From NCBI GenBank assembly GCA_041690495.1, contig JAWLHE010000013.1, positions 12,446-76,445 of the forward strand: a stretch of 64,000 nt of DNA. Reading direction: 5' to 3'. The first letter of the stretch is position 1, and each line of letters begins with the position of its first letter. Below are positions 48,446 through 58,368 of this stretch, piece after piece. Source of the stretch: Alphaproteobacteria bacterium. GTDB lineage: Bacteria > Pseudomonadota > Alphaproteobacteria > CACIAM-22H2. The notes under the pieces were generated by a model. That model did no database searches and had not been told where the DNA came from. It worked only from the letters and a program-made list of their open reading frames with translations. The position numbers and the translations under genes were made by a program.

Positions 48446-49600
48446 TCAGCCGATCGCGACCGGCCGGCCGTCCTCGAGCAGATGCGTGCAGCGCAGCCGC
48501 GCCGCCTCGGCACGGGCGTCGCGCTCCGCGATCAGCCCGGCGACGGTGATCCAGCCCTGGGCCCGCAACCGCGCGGCCTCGGCCGGCGCGGTGCCGGACG
48601 GGACGTAAAGACGCCGCTCGGGTGTTGCGTCGGGCGATGCGTGGATGACGGTATCGGTAAACAGCGTGAACCCCGTTGCGGCCTCGCCGCCCTCGGGCGA
48701 ATACGCATCGCCCGCCATGTAGCGCCCGCCGCGTCCGAGCTCGCCGCGCACGCTGCGCGCGAACAGGGTGAAGCACAACCCGGTGTGATATTCGAAGCCG
48801 CGCATCTCGACGGGATCGATGCTCAGGCGGAGATCCGGCATCCCCGCCTTGACCAGCGCAACAGCCTCGGCGAGACGGCCCGCCTCCGCGGCTGCGTCCG
48901 CGGGCAAGGCGAGCTTTCCGATTGCGGCGAGCGCCCTGTCGGCCGGCCCTGCCGCGGCAAGGAGTCCCGCGAGCGTCGATCCCGCCGCTCCCGCGAGTGC
49001 GGTGACCGCCGCGCTGTCCTTGCGGTCGAGCGCATCGCGCAGGCGCTTGGGCGCGGGCGCCATGCCGTGCGCCGCGAGCACCGCCGGCACCAGCTTCGGC
49101 GACGACAGGTCGATCGTGAAGTCGGGGACGCCCACCGCGGTCAGGGCGGCAGCGGCGAGCAGCACGGCCTCGGCATCCGCGGTCGCCGCATCGCAGCCGA
49201 TCAGTTCGGCGCCGACCTGGCCGAACTGGCGTTCGGGCCGCAGGTCGTCGCCCTTCACGCGCAGCACCTGGCCCGCATACGACAGACGCAGCGGCCGCGG
49301 CAGCGCCTTGAGGCGCGTCGCCGCGATGCGCGCGACCTGCAGCGTCATGTCGGCGCGCAGCCCCATCATGCGCTGCGAGACCGGATCCATCAGGCGGAAC
49401 GTATGCTGCGCCATCGACGCGCCGGAGTCGGCGAGCAGGCTGTCCTCGAACTCCACCAGCGGCGGCTTGACGCGCTCGTAGCCATGCGCGGCCAGCGTGC
49501 CCATGAGGCGCGCGACGACGCGCGCCTCGGTTTCCGCTTCAGGCGGCAGGATGTCGCGCAGTCCCGCCGGCAGGAGGGCGCGTTGGGCAAAATCGTTCAT
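48446..49600 (-). CDS. hisZ: ATP phosphoribosyltransferase regulatory subunit
   Basis: LPAGLRDILP, LRADMTLQVARIA, GFEYHTG, GRGGRY; adjacent to purA. Confidence 0.93.
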   Translation of the reverse strand: MNDFAQRALLPAGLRDILPPEAETEARVVARLMGTLAAHGYERVKPPLVEFEDSLLADSGASMAQHTFRLMDPVSQRMMGLRADMTLQVARIAATRLKALPRPLRLSYAGQVLRVKGDDLRPERQFGQVGAELIGCDAATADAEAVLLAAAALTAVGVPDFTIDLSSPKLVPAVLAAHGMAPAPKRLRDALDRKDSAAVTALAGAAGSTLAGLLAAAGPADRALAAIGKLALPADAAAEAGRLAEAVALVKAGMPDLRLSIDPVEMRGFEYHTGLCFTLFARSVRGELGRGGRYMAGDAYSPEGGEAATGFTLFTDTVIHASPDATPERRLYVPSGTAPAEAARLRAQGWITVAGLIAERDARAEAARLRCTHLLEDGRPVAIG

Positions 49601-49747
49601 ATCGCTTTCAGGCCGGAAAGAGGGTCCCTCGTCCGGGCGCCTTGGTAACGGCTTTGAAAGTCGAGGGCAAAGCCTATTTGCGTGATCGGGCGGCCATCCG
49701 GCCGCGTCGTCCGCGCCATGTCGCCGGGTGCGCATTGCGATCTCATT

Positions 49748-50345
49748 ATGAAACTATCTGTTTCACTTTGGAATAGCATCGATGCGCTGGCGAAGCTCAG
49801 GGAGCCGCCGGCGCGATCTGCCATGCGCTCCCTTACCTTTCCGGGCCTGATCGGCTTCCCGTGGGTAAGCCCGTCTCTCTTTTTCACGTCTCGTGGATGC
49901 GCAGCGAGACAATCGCGATCGGCTCGTGGATGCCGATCAACTATCCGTTCAAGTCCATCATGCCGGGCGCGACGCTTCTGCTGCTGATCCCGGGCGCGTC
50001 CGAATTCCTCAGGAGCATCTACGCGGGCCGCCCGGAGGCGAGCGGACGTGATCCCGGATTCCGTTAGTCTCGAGGTTCCCGGCTGCTCTCGATCGCCGTT
50101 CTGTTCGTTGCGATCTTCGTCGGATTCCCCATCGCCTTCACCCTGACCGCCGTGCCGCTGCTCTTTGGCCTCGCCGGACCGGGCGAAGCCGCCATGCATC
50201 TCATGGTGCCGAGGTCTTCTCGGCGATGCGCGACCCGACGCACGCCTCGGTTCCGTTCGTCCTGTCGATCAGCCGCCTGGCCGGGCAATGGGGGACTGAC
50301 GGAGCGGCTGTCGATCGCGCTGTGGCTGCCCGGCGCTCTGCTCTA
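49748..50345 (+). pseudogene. Deleted, frameshifted remnant of TRAP transporter dctQ-dctM genes
   Basis: Fragments in different frames: MKLSVSLWNSIDALAK; WMPINYPFKSIMPGATLLLL (DctQ C-terminus); FVAIFVGFPIAFTL (DctM N-terminus); ASVPF; GLTERL joined directly to IALWLP* (DctM C-terminus). Confidence 0.7.
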
Positions 50346-50705
50346 GTCCCGTATCGAGCGCTGGAATTCGCTGAGATGCGCTCGCATCGTGTCCGATTCC
50401 TTCTCGAGGTCCCTGAGCAGCGGCAGCAGCGCGCGATAGTGGCGCGCCAGCTTCATGGCGAAGGCGGCGCTCTCCTCGCTGTCGGCCCACCCGAGATCTT
50501 TCACCAGCTTTTTGAGGATCTGATAGAACGCCTCGTGTTCGATGGCCTTCTCGGCGTCATCGAAGGTGCGTCCGTCGCTCGTGGTCAGGCGCAGGACCGT
50601 GCTGACAACGATCCCCTCGCGCGGTTTCGGGGGCGGCTCGCCCGACGCGTCACGGAGCTGCCCGTCACGGAATTTCGGCTCTTTGGCCAAGGTCGATTCA
50701 CGCAT
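50343..50705 (-). CDS. Hypothetical protein
   Basis: 120-aa ORF with GGAGG RBS and protein-like composition (TSDGRTFDDAEKAIEHE). Confidence 0.7.
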   Translation of the reverse strand: MRESTLAKEPKFRDGQLRDASGEPPPKPREGIVVSTVLRLTTSDGRTFDDAEKAIEHEAFYQILKKLVKDLGWADSEESAAFAMKLARHYRALLPLLRDLEKESDTMRAHLSEFQRSIRD

Positions 50706-51060
50706 CGAAGCCTCCCGGAATCGGATTGTTCCTCCGCAGCAAAGTGGCCGCGAACATTGTCCGAATCATGGAAGCTTGGCGCTGCCTGCTGCGGTGCACG
50801 ACCACAACGATAACGATCGGGAACGGAGTTCGATTTCATGGCGGGCGGCACGTGGCACGCCGACACCGCATCAGGTGCGCGTGCTGTTTACGTTCGGATC
50901 GAAGTCGCCGCGCGGCGCGCGCGACGGCTCCATGTCTTCGGGCCCGCGGCGCTCGCGGCCGCGCTCCGGGCGCGGCGGCGGCTTTTCGATCGACTCGTTG
51001 CGCGCCTTGCCGCGCTCGCGTCGCGGCCCGCGGATCTTCGGTTGAGGCATGGCAATACCG

Positions 51061-51237
51061 TCAGAGGACCGCGGGCGGTTCGGCAGGCTTGCCCGGCGCG
51101 TCCGGCGGCGGCATGCCGGGCTGCTGCTTCGGCGGCATGGTCGGCGGCACGCGCGGCGGTTCGTCCATCGGTGGTTTCGGCGCCTTTTCCGGGCGCGGCG
51201 GCGTCGGACGTGTCGGCAAGCTGATCCGTTCGTTCAC
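51061..51237 (-). CDS. Small proline-rich protein
   Basis: 58 aa (GTG start) PTRPTPPRPEKAPKPPMDEPPRVPP...; EcfG-type promoter 35 bp upstream. Confidence 0.5.
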   Translation of the reverse strand: MNERISLPTRPTPPRPEKAPKPPMDEPPRVPPTMPPKQQPGMPPPDAPGKPAEPPAVL

Positions 51238-51270
51238 GGGGGGAAGGCCCTGCGTTGCTGCGATGCCGGA

Positions 51271-51297
51271 GCAACGGTCGCGGCGGCGATGCGTTCC
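51271..51297. promoter_or_regulatory. EcfG-type promoter, bidirectional overlap
   Basis: Minus-strand GGAAC-N16-CGTT; plus-strand GCAAC-N16-CGTT. Confidence 0.65.
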
Positions 51298-51375
51298 GTA
51301 CAGCCGAGCTGGCACCATCAGCGTGTCGCAGGCGTCACACTGCGGCCTTTTTGCGGCGTGAATGACGCACGCGAG

Positions 51376-51401
51376 GGAACGACCGCATCCCGGACGACGT
51401 T
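51376..51401 (+). promoter_or_regulatory. EcfG-type promoter
   Basis: GGAAC-N17-CGTT upstream of the ORF at 51432. Confidence 0.6.
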
Positions 51402-51431
51402 TGCCTTAGCCCGATGAGCAGGACCACGGCG

Positions 51432-51632
51432 ATGGAAACCCCAATGTCGCACCGTGACGCTGGAGAAAACCGGCCCCACGCGGCTCCAGACCAGGCCGCC
51501 GCCCCCAACCTGCATCTCCTCGAGCTTTACCGGCTCCAGCCTCTGCCCGATGAGTTCATGCGCATGGCGCAGGCGATCGGCGAGTCCTGCGGCCGCGCTC
51601 TCCGCGGGAACAAGGGCTGGTTCTTCAGATAG
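51432..51632 (+). CDS. Small hypothetical protein
   Basis: METPMSHRD...LQPLPDEFMRMAQAIG...; AGGA RBS and upstream promoter. Confidence 0.5.
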   Translation: METPMSHRDAGENRPHAAPDQAAAPNLHLLELYRLQPLPDEFMRMAQAIGESCGRALRGNKGWFFR

Positions 51633-51665
51633 GCGCACAGCTACGCCGTCGGCGCGACGGCCGCG

Positions 51666-52073
51666 CTAAGGGGCGCCGGCAGGTGCGTGCGCGGATGATC
51701 CAACCGCCTCGAGCGGACGCGGCGACAGCGCCAGCCAGCCGCGCGTTCCCTCGACGAATCGCGCCTCGATGCGGCGATGCAGACTGGGCGCGTAGGCGGT
51801 CGCCGCTTCGACCCGCACTCGGCAGAAAAATCCGGCTTCCTCCCGCGCGCGCCAGCACCGCTCCTTCGCGACCGAATGGATGTAGAGAGTCACGGATGCT
51901 TCCGCCGAGAGATTCACCAGCGGCGCGTACTCGCCGGGTCCGGAACGCCGCTGCGCATCCGCCCACTCGCGATGATGGCGCTGAAGCGCCTGCAGCAGAT
52001 CCGCCTCCGACGGCTCCTGCGGCGCGCACGCCGTGACGATCAATCCGAATACTGCCGCAAGCGGCGCACGCAA
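51666..52073 (-). CDS. Hypothetical lipoprotein
   Basis: LIVTAC lipobox; PSEADL...C...C...RFVEGTRGW. Confidence 0.7.
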   Translation of the reverse strand: MRAPLAAVFGLIVTACAPQEPSEADLLQALQRHHREWADAQRRSGPGEYAPLVNLSAEASVTLYIHSVAKERCWRAREEAGFFCRVRVEAATAYAPSLHRRIEARFVEGTRGWLALSPRPLEAVGSSAHAPAGAP

Positions 52074-52154
52074 GGTACGGTCCCCCGTCGATGAAGCAGC
52101 GGGGAGCTTACCGCCCCATTCCTTAAGCGCCGTTAATGCCGCGGAGAGATCGCC

Positions 52155-53456
52155 TCAGGCGCCGGCTGCCGCCTGCTGCCGGCCCCGAAGACCAAGCGGC
52201 TTCGCGCGGCCGATCCAGAGCACCATGATCGCGGTCAGGATGCAGGCAATTCCGGCGATCACGAAAGCTTCGAGATAGCTGCCCAACTCGGTACGCAGCG
52301 TACCAGCGCCGAATGCAGCCACCGCGGCACCCATCTGATGACCCGCGAGCACCCATCCGAAGATGACCGGCGTATCCTGCTTGCCGAAATTGTCGCCGAT
52401 CAACCGCACCGTGGGCGGCACGGTCGCGATCCAGTCGAGCCCGTAGAACACCGCGAACAGCGTTAGCCCGTAGAAGGTGAAGCCCGAATACGGGAGGAAC
52501 ACGAGCGAGATGCCGCGCAATCCATAGTACCAGAACAGCAGCCAGCGGCTGTCGTAGCGATCGGACAGCCAGCCGGACAGCGTCGTTCCGATCAGGTCGA
52601 AGATGCCCATCATCGCAAGGAGACTTGCAGCGCGTACTTCGGGAATACCCTGGTCGAAACAGGCTGCGATGAGGTGCGTCCCGATCAGGCCGTTGGTGCT
52701 CAGACCGCATACGAAGAAGCTCGCGAACAGCAGCCAGAAATCGCGCGAGCGCGACGCGCGCGCAAGTACTGAAAGCGCGACGACCGCCGGGTTCGCCTGC
52801 GACTGCGCGGCGGCCGTTGATGCGCCATCGTCGCCGTACGGCCGCAGTCCGACATCGCGCGGATCGTCGCGCATGAAGAGCGCGACGAGCGGCACCATCG
52901 CCGCGGCGACTCCGGCGGCAATCCAGGCGACCGGCTTCCAGCCGGCACTTTCCGCGACGGAGGCGAGCATCGGCAGGAAGACGAGCTGTCCCGTCGCCGT
53001 GCTCGCGGTGAGGATCCCCATCACGAGGCCGCGCCGCGCCGTGAACCAGCGGCTGACGATGGTGGCCCCGAGCACGAGCGCCACCGTGCCGCTGCCGAGC
53101 CCGATGAGCACGCCCCAGGTCAGCATGAGCTGCCACGGCGCCGAGATGAACGTGCTGGCCGCGATCGTCGCCGCCATCAGGCCGAGCGCCAGCATCACGG
53201 TACGGCGGATGCCGATGCGCTGCATCAGCGCCGCGGCGAACGGCCCCATCAGCCCATAGAGGAAGATGTTTACCGCAATCGCGACCGAGATCGTGCCGCG
53301 CGTCCAGCCGAAGGACTGCTCCAGCGGCACGATGAGGACGCTTGGCGTCGCGCGCACGCCGGCCGCCGCGAGCAGGGCGAGGAAGGTAATTCCGACGACG
53401 ACCCAGCCGTAATGAAGCCGCCCCTCCGACCGCCTTGCGATCGCCTGCATCGACAT
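52155..53456 (-). CDS. MFS transporter
   Basis: HYGWVVVG, SRWFTARRGLVMG, GWLSDRYD; about 12 TM helices. Confidence 0.95.
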   Translation of the reverse strand: MSMQAIARRSEGRLHYGWVVVGITFLALLAAAGVRATPSVLIVPLEQSFGWTRGTISVAIAVNIFLYGLMGPFAAALMQRIGIRRTVMLALGLMAATIAASTFISAPWQLMLTWGVLIGLGSGTVALVLGATIVSRWFTARRGLVMGILTASTATGQLVFLPMLASVAESAGWKPVAWIAAGVAAAMVPLVALFMRDDPRDVGLRPYGDDGASTAAAQSQANPAVVALSVLARASRSRDFWLLFASFFVCGLSTNGLIGTHLIAACFDQGIPEVRAASLLAMMGIFDLIGTTLSGWLSDRYDSRWLLFWYYGLRGISLVFLPYSGFTFYGLTLFAVFYGLDWIATVPPTVRLIGDNFGKQDTPVIFGWVLAGHQMGAAVAAFGAGTLRTELGSYLEAFVIAGIACILTAIMVLWIGRAKPLGLRGRQQAAAGA

Positions 53457-53464
53457 CCCCCGCA

Positions 53465-53518
53465 ATGTTACCGACCGGTTCGTACCTTCTTGACACAGTA
53501 CGGACCGGTCGGTAACAT
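53465..53518. promoter_or_regulatory. Dual TetR operator overlapping a sigma70 promoter
   Basis: 21-bp inverted repeat ATGTTACCGACCGGTTCGTAC / GTACGGACCGGTCGGTAACAT; TTGACA(53490)-N17-TAACAT. Confidence 0.8.
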
Positions 53519-54152
53519 GTCAAGCGTTCGACACGGGAGAGCGATCACGTCCGCACGGTCATCCGCCCTCAAGGCAGCGCCGCCTGCATCCGGCGCGAAA
53601 GCGCGCGACCGCATTTTCGCGGTGGCGAAGGACCTGTTCTACCGCCGCGGCATCCGGGCCGTCGGCGTCGAGACCATCGTCGCCCAGGCGGGGGCGACGA
53701 AGATGAGTCTCTACCGCAGCTTTCCGTCCAAGGACGATCTCGTCGTCGCCTATCTCAGGGAACGCGACGCGAAATACTGGGAGTGGTGGAACGCGATCAT
53801 GGATCGTCACGAAGGCGATCCGCGCGCGCAAATCCGCGCGCTGTTCGAATCGATCGGCCGCAAGACGTCGGGGCCCGGCTATCGCGGCTGCCCCTTCACC
53901 AACGCGGCCACCGAGTTTCCCGAGCCGGAGAATCCCGGGCGCGAGGTCGCGGCCGAGAACAAGCGCGAGCTGCGCGCGCGCCTGCGCGGGCTCGCCGCCG
54001 CAGCGGGTGCGAAGGATGCGGTGCGTCTCGGCGACCAGTTCTTCCTGCTGATCGAGGGCGCATATGCGAGCGGCCAGATCATGGGCCCCGACGGACCGAT
54101 GCAGCACGTCGCCGACACTGCCGAAGCCCTCCTCGACGCGGCGACGCGCTGA
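53517..54152 (+). CDS. TetR/AcrR family regulator
   Basis: GIRAVGVETIVAQAGATKMSLYRSFPSKDDL, RGCPFTN; start uncertain. Confidence 0.93.
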   Translation: MSSVRHGRAITSARSSALKAAPPASGAKARDRIFAVAKDLFYRRGIRAVGVETIVAQAGATKMSLYRSFPSKDDLVVAYLRERDAKYWEWWNAIMDRHEGDPRAQIRALFESIGRKTSGPGYRGCPFTNAATEFPEPENPGREVAAENKRELRARLRGLAAAAGAKDAVRLGDQFFLLIEGAYASGQIMGPDGPMQHVADTAEALLDAATR

Positions 54153-54204
54153 TCAGAATCGGCGACTCGACAATCTCGGCCCTCGTACAATTCTGCCGGG
54201 CACG

Positions 54205-55299
54205 CTACGCCGCGCGCAGCGCCTTCAGGCCTTTCCAGTCGAGCTCGACGCCATGGCCAGGGCGGTCCGGCGCAGTGGCAAAACCCTCGCGGATCACCAG
54301 CGGCTCGGCGATGAAGCGTTCCAGTCCGAAGCCATGCGCCTCGAGATAGGAGCGGTTCGGGACCGCTGCAAGCAGGTGGACGTGCAGGTCGTGCACGCCG
54401 TGCGAAGTGACCGGCAGGTTGAACGCCTCGGCGAGATGCGCGACCTTCATCCATACGGTGATGCCGCCGCAGTTCGAAACGTCCGGCTCGGGAAACGTGA
54501 CCCCGCCCGCCGCGATCATCTGCTTGAACTCGTGCAGCGTGTGCAGGTTCTCGCCCGTCGCGACCGGCAGTCCGCCCTCGCGCACGATGCGGGCGTGGCC
54601 GGCGATGTCATCGGGGATCGTCGGCTCCTCCAACCAGTAGACCGAGTAGGCCGCGAACTCGCGGGCGGCGCGGATCGCCTGGTCGGCGGTCCAGCGCATG
54701 TTCGCGTCGACCATCAGCGGAAAATCGGGGCCGAGCTTGTCCCGCATTGCCGCCACGCGTGCGACGTCCTCGCTGAGGCGCGGACGGCCGACCTTCATCT
54801 TGATCGCGCGGAATCCGTTGCGGAGGTTCTCGTCGGTCTGCGCGAGCAGGCGCTCGAGCGGAAAATCGAGATCGATGCCGCCGGCATAGGCCGGGACCTT
54901 CGGGTCGTTGCCGCCGAGCAGGCGCCACAGCGGCACGCCCAGCCGTCGCGCCTTGAGGTCCCACAACGCCGTGTCCACGGCCGATATGGCGAGGCTGACC
55001 GAGCCGCCGCGGCCGCCATAGTGGAGCGCCCACCACATTGCCTGCCACAGCGCCTCGACGCGGTCCGACTCGCGGCCGCGCAGCAGCGGCGCCAGATCGC
55101 GCGCGATCAGCGACGCGACCGCACCGCCGCCCTTGCCCACCGTATAGGTGTAGCCCACACCCTCGGCGCCGCCCGCGTCGCGAATGCGCACGGTGATCAG
55201 TTCGAAGGCACTCATCTCGCCGTGCGTGCTGTCCGACAGTACGATCGGCAGCGGGATGCGATAGAAGCCGACCTCGACCGAAGCGATTTCCGTCTTCAC
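54205..55299 (-). CDS. Mandelate racemase/muconate lactonizing enzyme family protein
   Basis: AIKMKVG, MVDAN, WLEEP, TGEN, DRPGHG. Confidence 0.92.
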   Translation of the reverse strand: MKTEIASVEVGFYRIPLPIVLSDSTHGEMSAFELITVRIRDAGGAEGVGYTYTVGKGGGAVASLIARDLAPLLRGRESDRVEALWQAMWWALHYGGRGGSVSLAISAVDTALWDLKARRLGVPLWRLLGGNDPKVPAYAGGIDLDFPLERLLAQTDENLRNGFRAIKMKVGRPRLSEDVARVAAMRDKLGPDFPLMVDANMRWTADQAIRAAREFAAYSVYWLEEPTIPDDIAGHARIVREGGLPVATGENLHTLHEFKQMIAAGGVTFPEPDVSNCGGITVWMKVAHLAEAFNLPVTSHGVHDLHVHLLAAVPNRSYLEAHGFGLERFIAEPLVIREGFATAPDRPGHGVELDWKGLKALRAA

Positions 55300-55445
55300 T
55301 GCTCCCCCTTCCGCGTCCATCCGGCCGGACTGCATCTTGGGCCGATCCAGGATCGGCCTCTACACATAGCATCTTCCGTGTAGGGAGCGAACCAGGTTCG
55401 GCCACGGCGCGAACCGATCAGAAGGCCCTGCGCCGCGCGCCGCGG

Positions 55446-57020
55446 TCAGAACCGCAGCGCTTTCACCCGAACGACATGCGGCAGCGCGCAGACATTTGCC
55501 ATGGCCGTGTCCGGGACCGGCTGGTCTACCAGGACGAGGCAGATGGCATCGCCGCCCGGCGCAATGCGGCCCATGTGGAAGGTCGCGATGTTGACGCCGG
55601 CCTCTCCGAGGGTCCGCCCGAGATTGCCGACGAAGCCGGGCTTGTCCTGGTTGCGGATGTAGAGGACGTTCGGAAAGAACTCCGCCTCGATCGCGATCGA
55701 ATCGATTTCGACGATGCGCGGCTTGTCGGCGATCAGGGTGCCGGCGATGTGCCGGGTGCGGTCCTCGGCCTCGATCGTGATGCGGATCAGCGTCTGATAG
55801 TCCACCGAACGATCATGTTTGACCTCGGTGACCGCGATGTCGCGCTCGCGCGCGACGAGCGGCGCATTGACCATGTTGACTGTCTCGAGCTGCGGCTGCA
55901 GCAATCCGGTCAGCGCGCAGGCCGTGAGCGGACGCTGATTGAGATGCGCAGCGTGACCCTCGTACTCGATGCGCACAGAGCGGATGTTCTTCTCGATCAC
56001 TTGGCCTGCGAAGCTGCCCAGCTTGGTCGCGAGATCCATGTAGGGCCTCAGCTTGGGCGCGTCCTCGCCGCTGACCGACGGCATGTTGACGGCGTTGACG
56101 ACGGCGCCGTGCAGAAGGAAGTCGGAGATCTGCTCGGCGATCTGCAGCGCCACGTTCTCCTGCGCCTCTGTCGTCGAGGCGCCGAGATGCGGCGTGCAGA
56201 TCACGTCGTCGCGGCCGAACAGGACGTTCTCCTTGGCCGGCTCGACCGGGAACACGTCGAGAGCGGCACCCGCGACATGGCCGGAGTCGAGCGCCGCCTT
56301 CAGGTCCTGCTCGACGATCAGGCCGCCGCGCGCGCAGTTGATGATGCGCACACCCTTCTTCATCTTGAACAGGGCCTTGGCGTCGATGAGGTTCTTGGTC
56401 GCCTCGGTCAGCGGCGTGTGCAGCGTGATAAAGTCGGCGCGGCGGAACAGGTCGTCGAGCTCGACCTTCTCGACGCCGAGCTCCTGCGCGCGCTCCGGCG
56501 ACAGATAGGGGTCGTAGGCGACCACCTTCATGCGCAGGCCGACTGCACGGTCGGCGACGATCGAGCCGATATTGCCGCAGCCGACGATGCCGAGCGTCTT
56601 GTTGGTCAGCTCGACGCCGAGGAAGCGGTTCTTCTCCCACTTGCCGCCCTGGGTCGAGCGGTCGGCCGCGGGGATCTGGCGCGCCAGCGCGAACATCAGC
56701 GCGATCGCGTGCTCGGCCGTGGTGATCGAGTTGCCGAACGGCGTGTTCATGACGACGATGCCGCGCGCGGTGGCGGCGGGAACGTCGATCGTGTCGACGC
56801 CGATGCCGGCCCGGCCGATCACCTTGAGCTGCTTCGCCTCGGCGATGACGTCGGCGGGAACCTTCGTCGCCGAGCGCACGGCAAGGCCGTCATAGCCGCC
56901 GACGATCGCTTTCAGCTCGGTCGGCTTGAGGCCGGTCTTGACCTCGGCGGCGATGCCGCGCTGCCTGAAGATGTCGACTGCGCGCGGGCTGAGATTGTCT
57001 GCGATGAGAACCTTGGGCAT
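55446..57020 (-). CDS. serA: D-3-phosphoglycerate dehydrogenase
   Basis: GRAGIGVD, GCGNIG, TPHLGAST, C-terminal ACT domain. Confidence 0.97.
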   Translation of the reverse strand: MPKVLIADNLSPRAVDIFRQRGIAAEVKTGLKPTELKAIVGGYDGLAVRSATKVPADVIAEAKQLKVIGRAGIGVDTIDVPAATARGIVVMNTPFGNSITTAEHAIALMFALARQIPAADRSTQGGKWEKNRFLGVELTNKTLGIVGCGNIGSIVADRAVGLRMKVVAYDPYLSPERAQELGVEKVELDDLFRRADFITLHTPLTEATKNLIDAKALFKMKKGVRIINCARGGLIVEQDLKAALDSGHVAGAALDVFPVEPAKENVLFGRDDVICTPHLGASTTEAQENVALQIAEQISDFLLHGAVVNAVNMPSVSGEDAPKLRPYMDLATKLGSFAGQVIEKNIRSVRIEYEGHAAHLNQRPLTACALTGLLQPQLETVNMVNAPLVARERDIAVTEVKHDRSVDYQTLIRITIEAEDRTRHIAGTLIADKPRIVEIDSIAIEAEFFPNVLYIRNQDKPGFVGNLGRTLGEAGVNIATFHMGRIAPGGDAICLVLVDQPVPDTAMANVCALPHVVRVKALRF

Positions 57021-57040
57021 GAATATGATCTCTATAGCGC

Positions 57041-57122
57041 CTCGCCCTTCGACAAGCTCCGGACGAGGCTTCCAATGATTGCAAAAAAAGGCGCCCTCAT
57101 CCTGAGCCTGTCGTAGGGTGAG
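57041..57122. repeat. Palindromic intergenic repeat (family B)
   Basis: CCCTTCGACAAGCTCCGGACGAGG ... CCTCATCCTGAGCCTGTCGTAGGG inverted arms. Confidence 0.7.
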
Positions 57123-57138
57123 GACGCGTGCCGCGGCG

Positions 57139-58311
57139 TCACGCCTTCGCGGTCGACTCTTCCTTGACGGCGGCGAAGGCCCAGTCGAGCCACGGGAACA
57201 GCGCCTCGAGGTCGGAACGCTCGATGGTGGCGCCGGTCCAGATGCGCAGGCCCGGCGGCGAGTCGCGGTGCGCGTCGATGTCGTAGGCGACCTTCTCGGC
57301 ATCGAGCAGGGCGCCGATGCGCTTGGCGAAGGCCCACTTGTCCTCGTGCTTCATCGCCTGGACCAGCGGGTCCACGATCTTCAGGCACACCGAGGTGCAG
57401 GACCGCGTCGCCTTGTCCTCGGCGAGGAAATCGATCCAGCCCGCACCCGCAATCCACTTCTCGATCGCCGCGAAATTCGCCTGCGAGCGCGCCATCAGCC
57501 CTTTGAGGCCGCCGACCGACTCCGCCCATTTGAGCCCGTCGATCGCGTCCTCGACGCACAGCATCGACGGCGTGTTGATCGTTTCGCCCTTGAAGATGCC
57601 TTCGTTGAGCTTGCCGCCCTGGGTCAGGCGGAAGATTTTCGGCAGCGGCCAGGCCGGCTTGTAGCTCTCGAGCCGGGCGACGGCGCGCGGGGACAGGACG
57701 AGCATGCCGTGCGCCGCCTCGCCGCCCAGCACCTTCTGCCAGGAGTAGGTGGTGACATCGAGCTTGTCCCACGGCAGGTCCATCGCGAACGCCGCCGAGG
57801 TCGCGTCGCAGATCGTCAGGCCCTCGCGGTCGGCCCTGATCCAGTCGCCGTTGGGAACCCGCACGCCCGAGGTCGTGCCGTTCCAAGTGAAGACGACGTC
57901 GCGCGCGGGCGAGACCTCCGTAAGATCGGGCAGCTTGCCGTAGGGTGCTTCGAGCGTGCGCACGTCGGCGAGCTTCAGCTGCTTGACCACGTCGGTCACC
58001 CAGCCGGCGCCGAAGCTCTCCCAGGCCAGCAAGTCGACGCCACGGGCGCCGAGCAGCGACCACAGCGCTATTTCGACAGCGCCGGTGTCGGACGCCGGCA
58101 CGATGCCGATGCGGTAATCGGTCGGCACGCCGAGGATCGTCCGCGTGCGGTCGATCACCTCGGCAAGACGCGCCTTGCCCGGCTTCGAGCGGTGGGAACG
58201 GCCGACGAGGGCCGCACTGAGAACGTCAAGCGACCAACCGGGACGCTTGGCGCAAGGACCTGAGGAAAAATGGGGACGTTGCGGCCGAACGACCGGCTTG
58301 GCGAGTGTCAT
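57139..58311 (-). CDS. serC: Phosphoserine aminotransferase
   Basis: [36 protein letters not shown]. Confidence 0.96.
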   Translation of the reverse strand: MTLAKPVVRPQRPHFSSGPCAKRPGWSLDVLSAALVGRSHRSKPGKARLAEVIDRTRTILGVPTDYRIGIVPASDTGAVEIALWSLLGARGVDLLAWESFGAGWVTDVVKQLKLADVRTLEAPYGKLPDLTEVSPARDVVFTWNGTTSGVRVPNGDWIRADREGLTICDATSAAFAMDLPWDKLDVTTYSWQKVLGGEAAHGMLVLSPRAVARLESYKPAWPLPKIFRLTQGGKLNEGIFKGETINTPSMLCVEDAIDGLKWAESVGGLKGLMARSQANFAAIEKWIAGAGWIDFLAEDKATRSCTSVCLKIVDPLVQAMKHEDKWAFAKRIGALLDAEKVAYDIDAHRDSPPGLRIWTGATIERSDLEALFPWLDWAFAAVKEESTAKA

Positions 58312-58317
58312 GTTGTA

Positions 58318-58368
58318 GCTCTTCCTTCCAGAAGAGCCGGAACCCGTTGGGAGGTTCTGGCCCGCCGC
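58318..58368 (-). ncRNA. Probable serC leader cis-regulatory RNA motif
   Basis: Directly 5' of serC: GGCGGGCCAGAACCTCCCAACGGGTTCCGGCTCTTCTGGAAGGAAGAGC, two hairpins with the second sequestering the RBS; resembles the alphaproteobacterial serC leader (from memory). Confidence 0.65.

Noticed and set aside
52123-52136. TTAA-N6-TTAA as a CtrA site
   Set aside because: Spacer is 6, not 7, and there is no supporting context.
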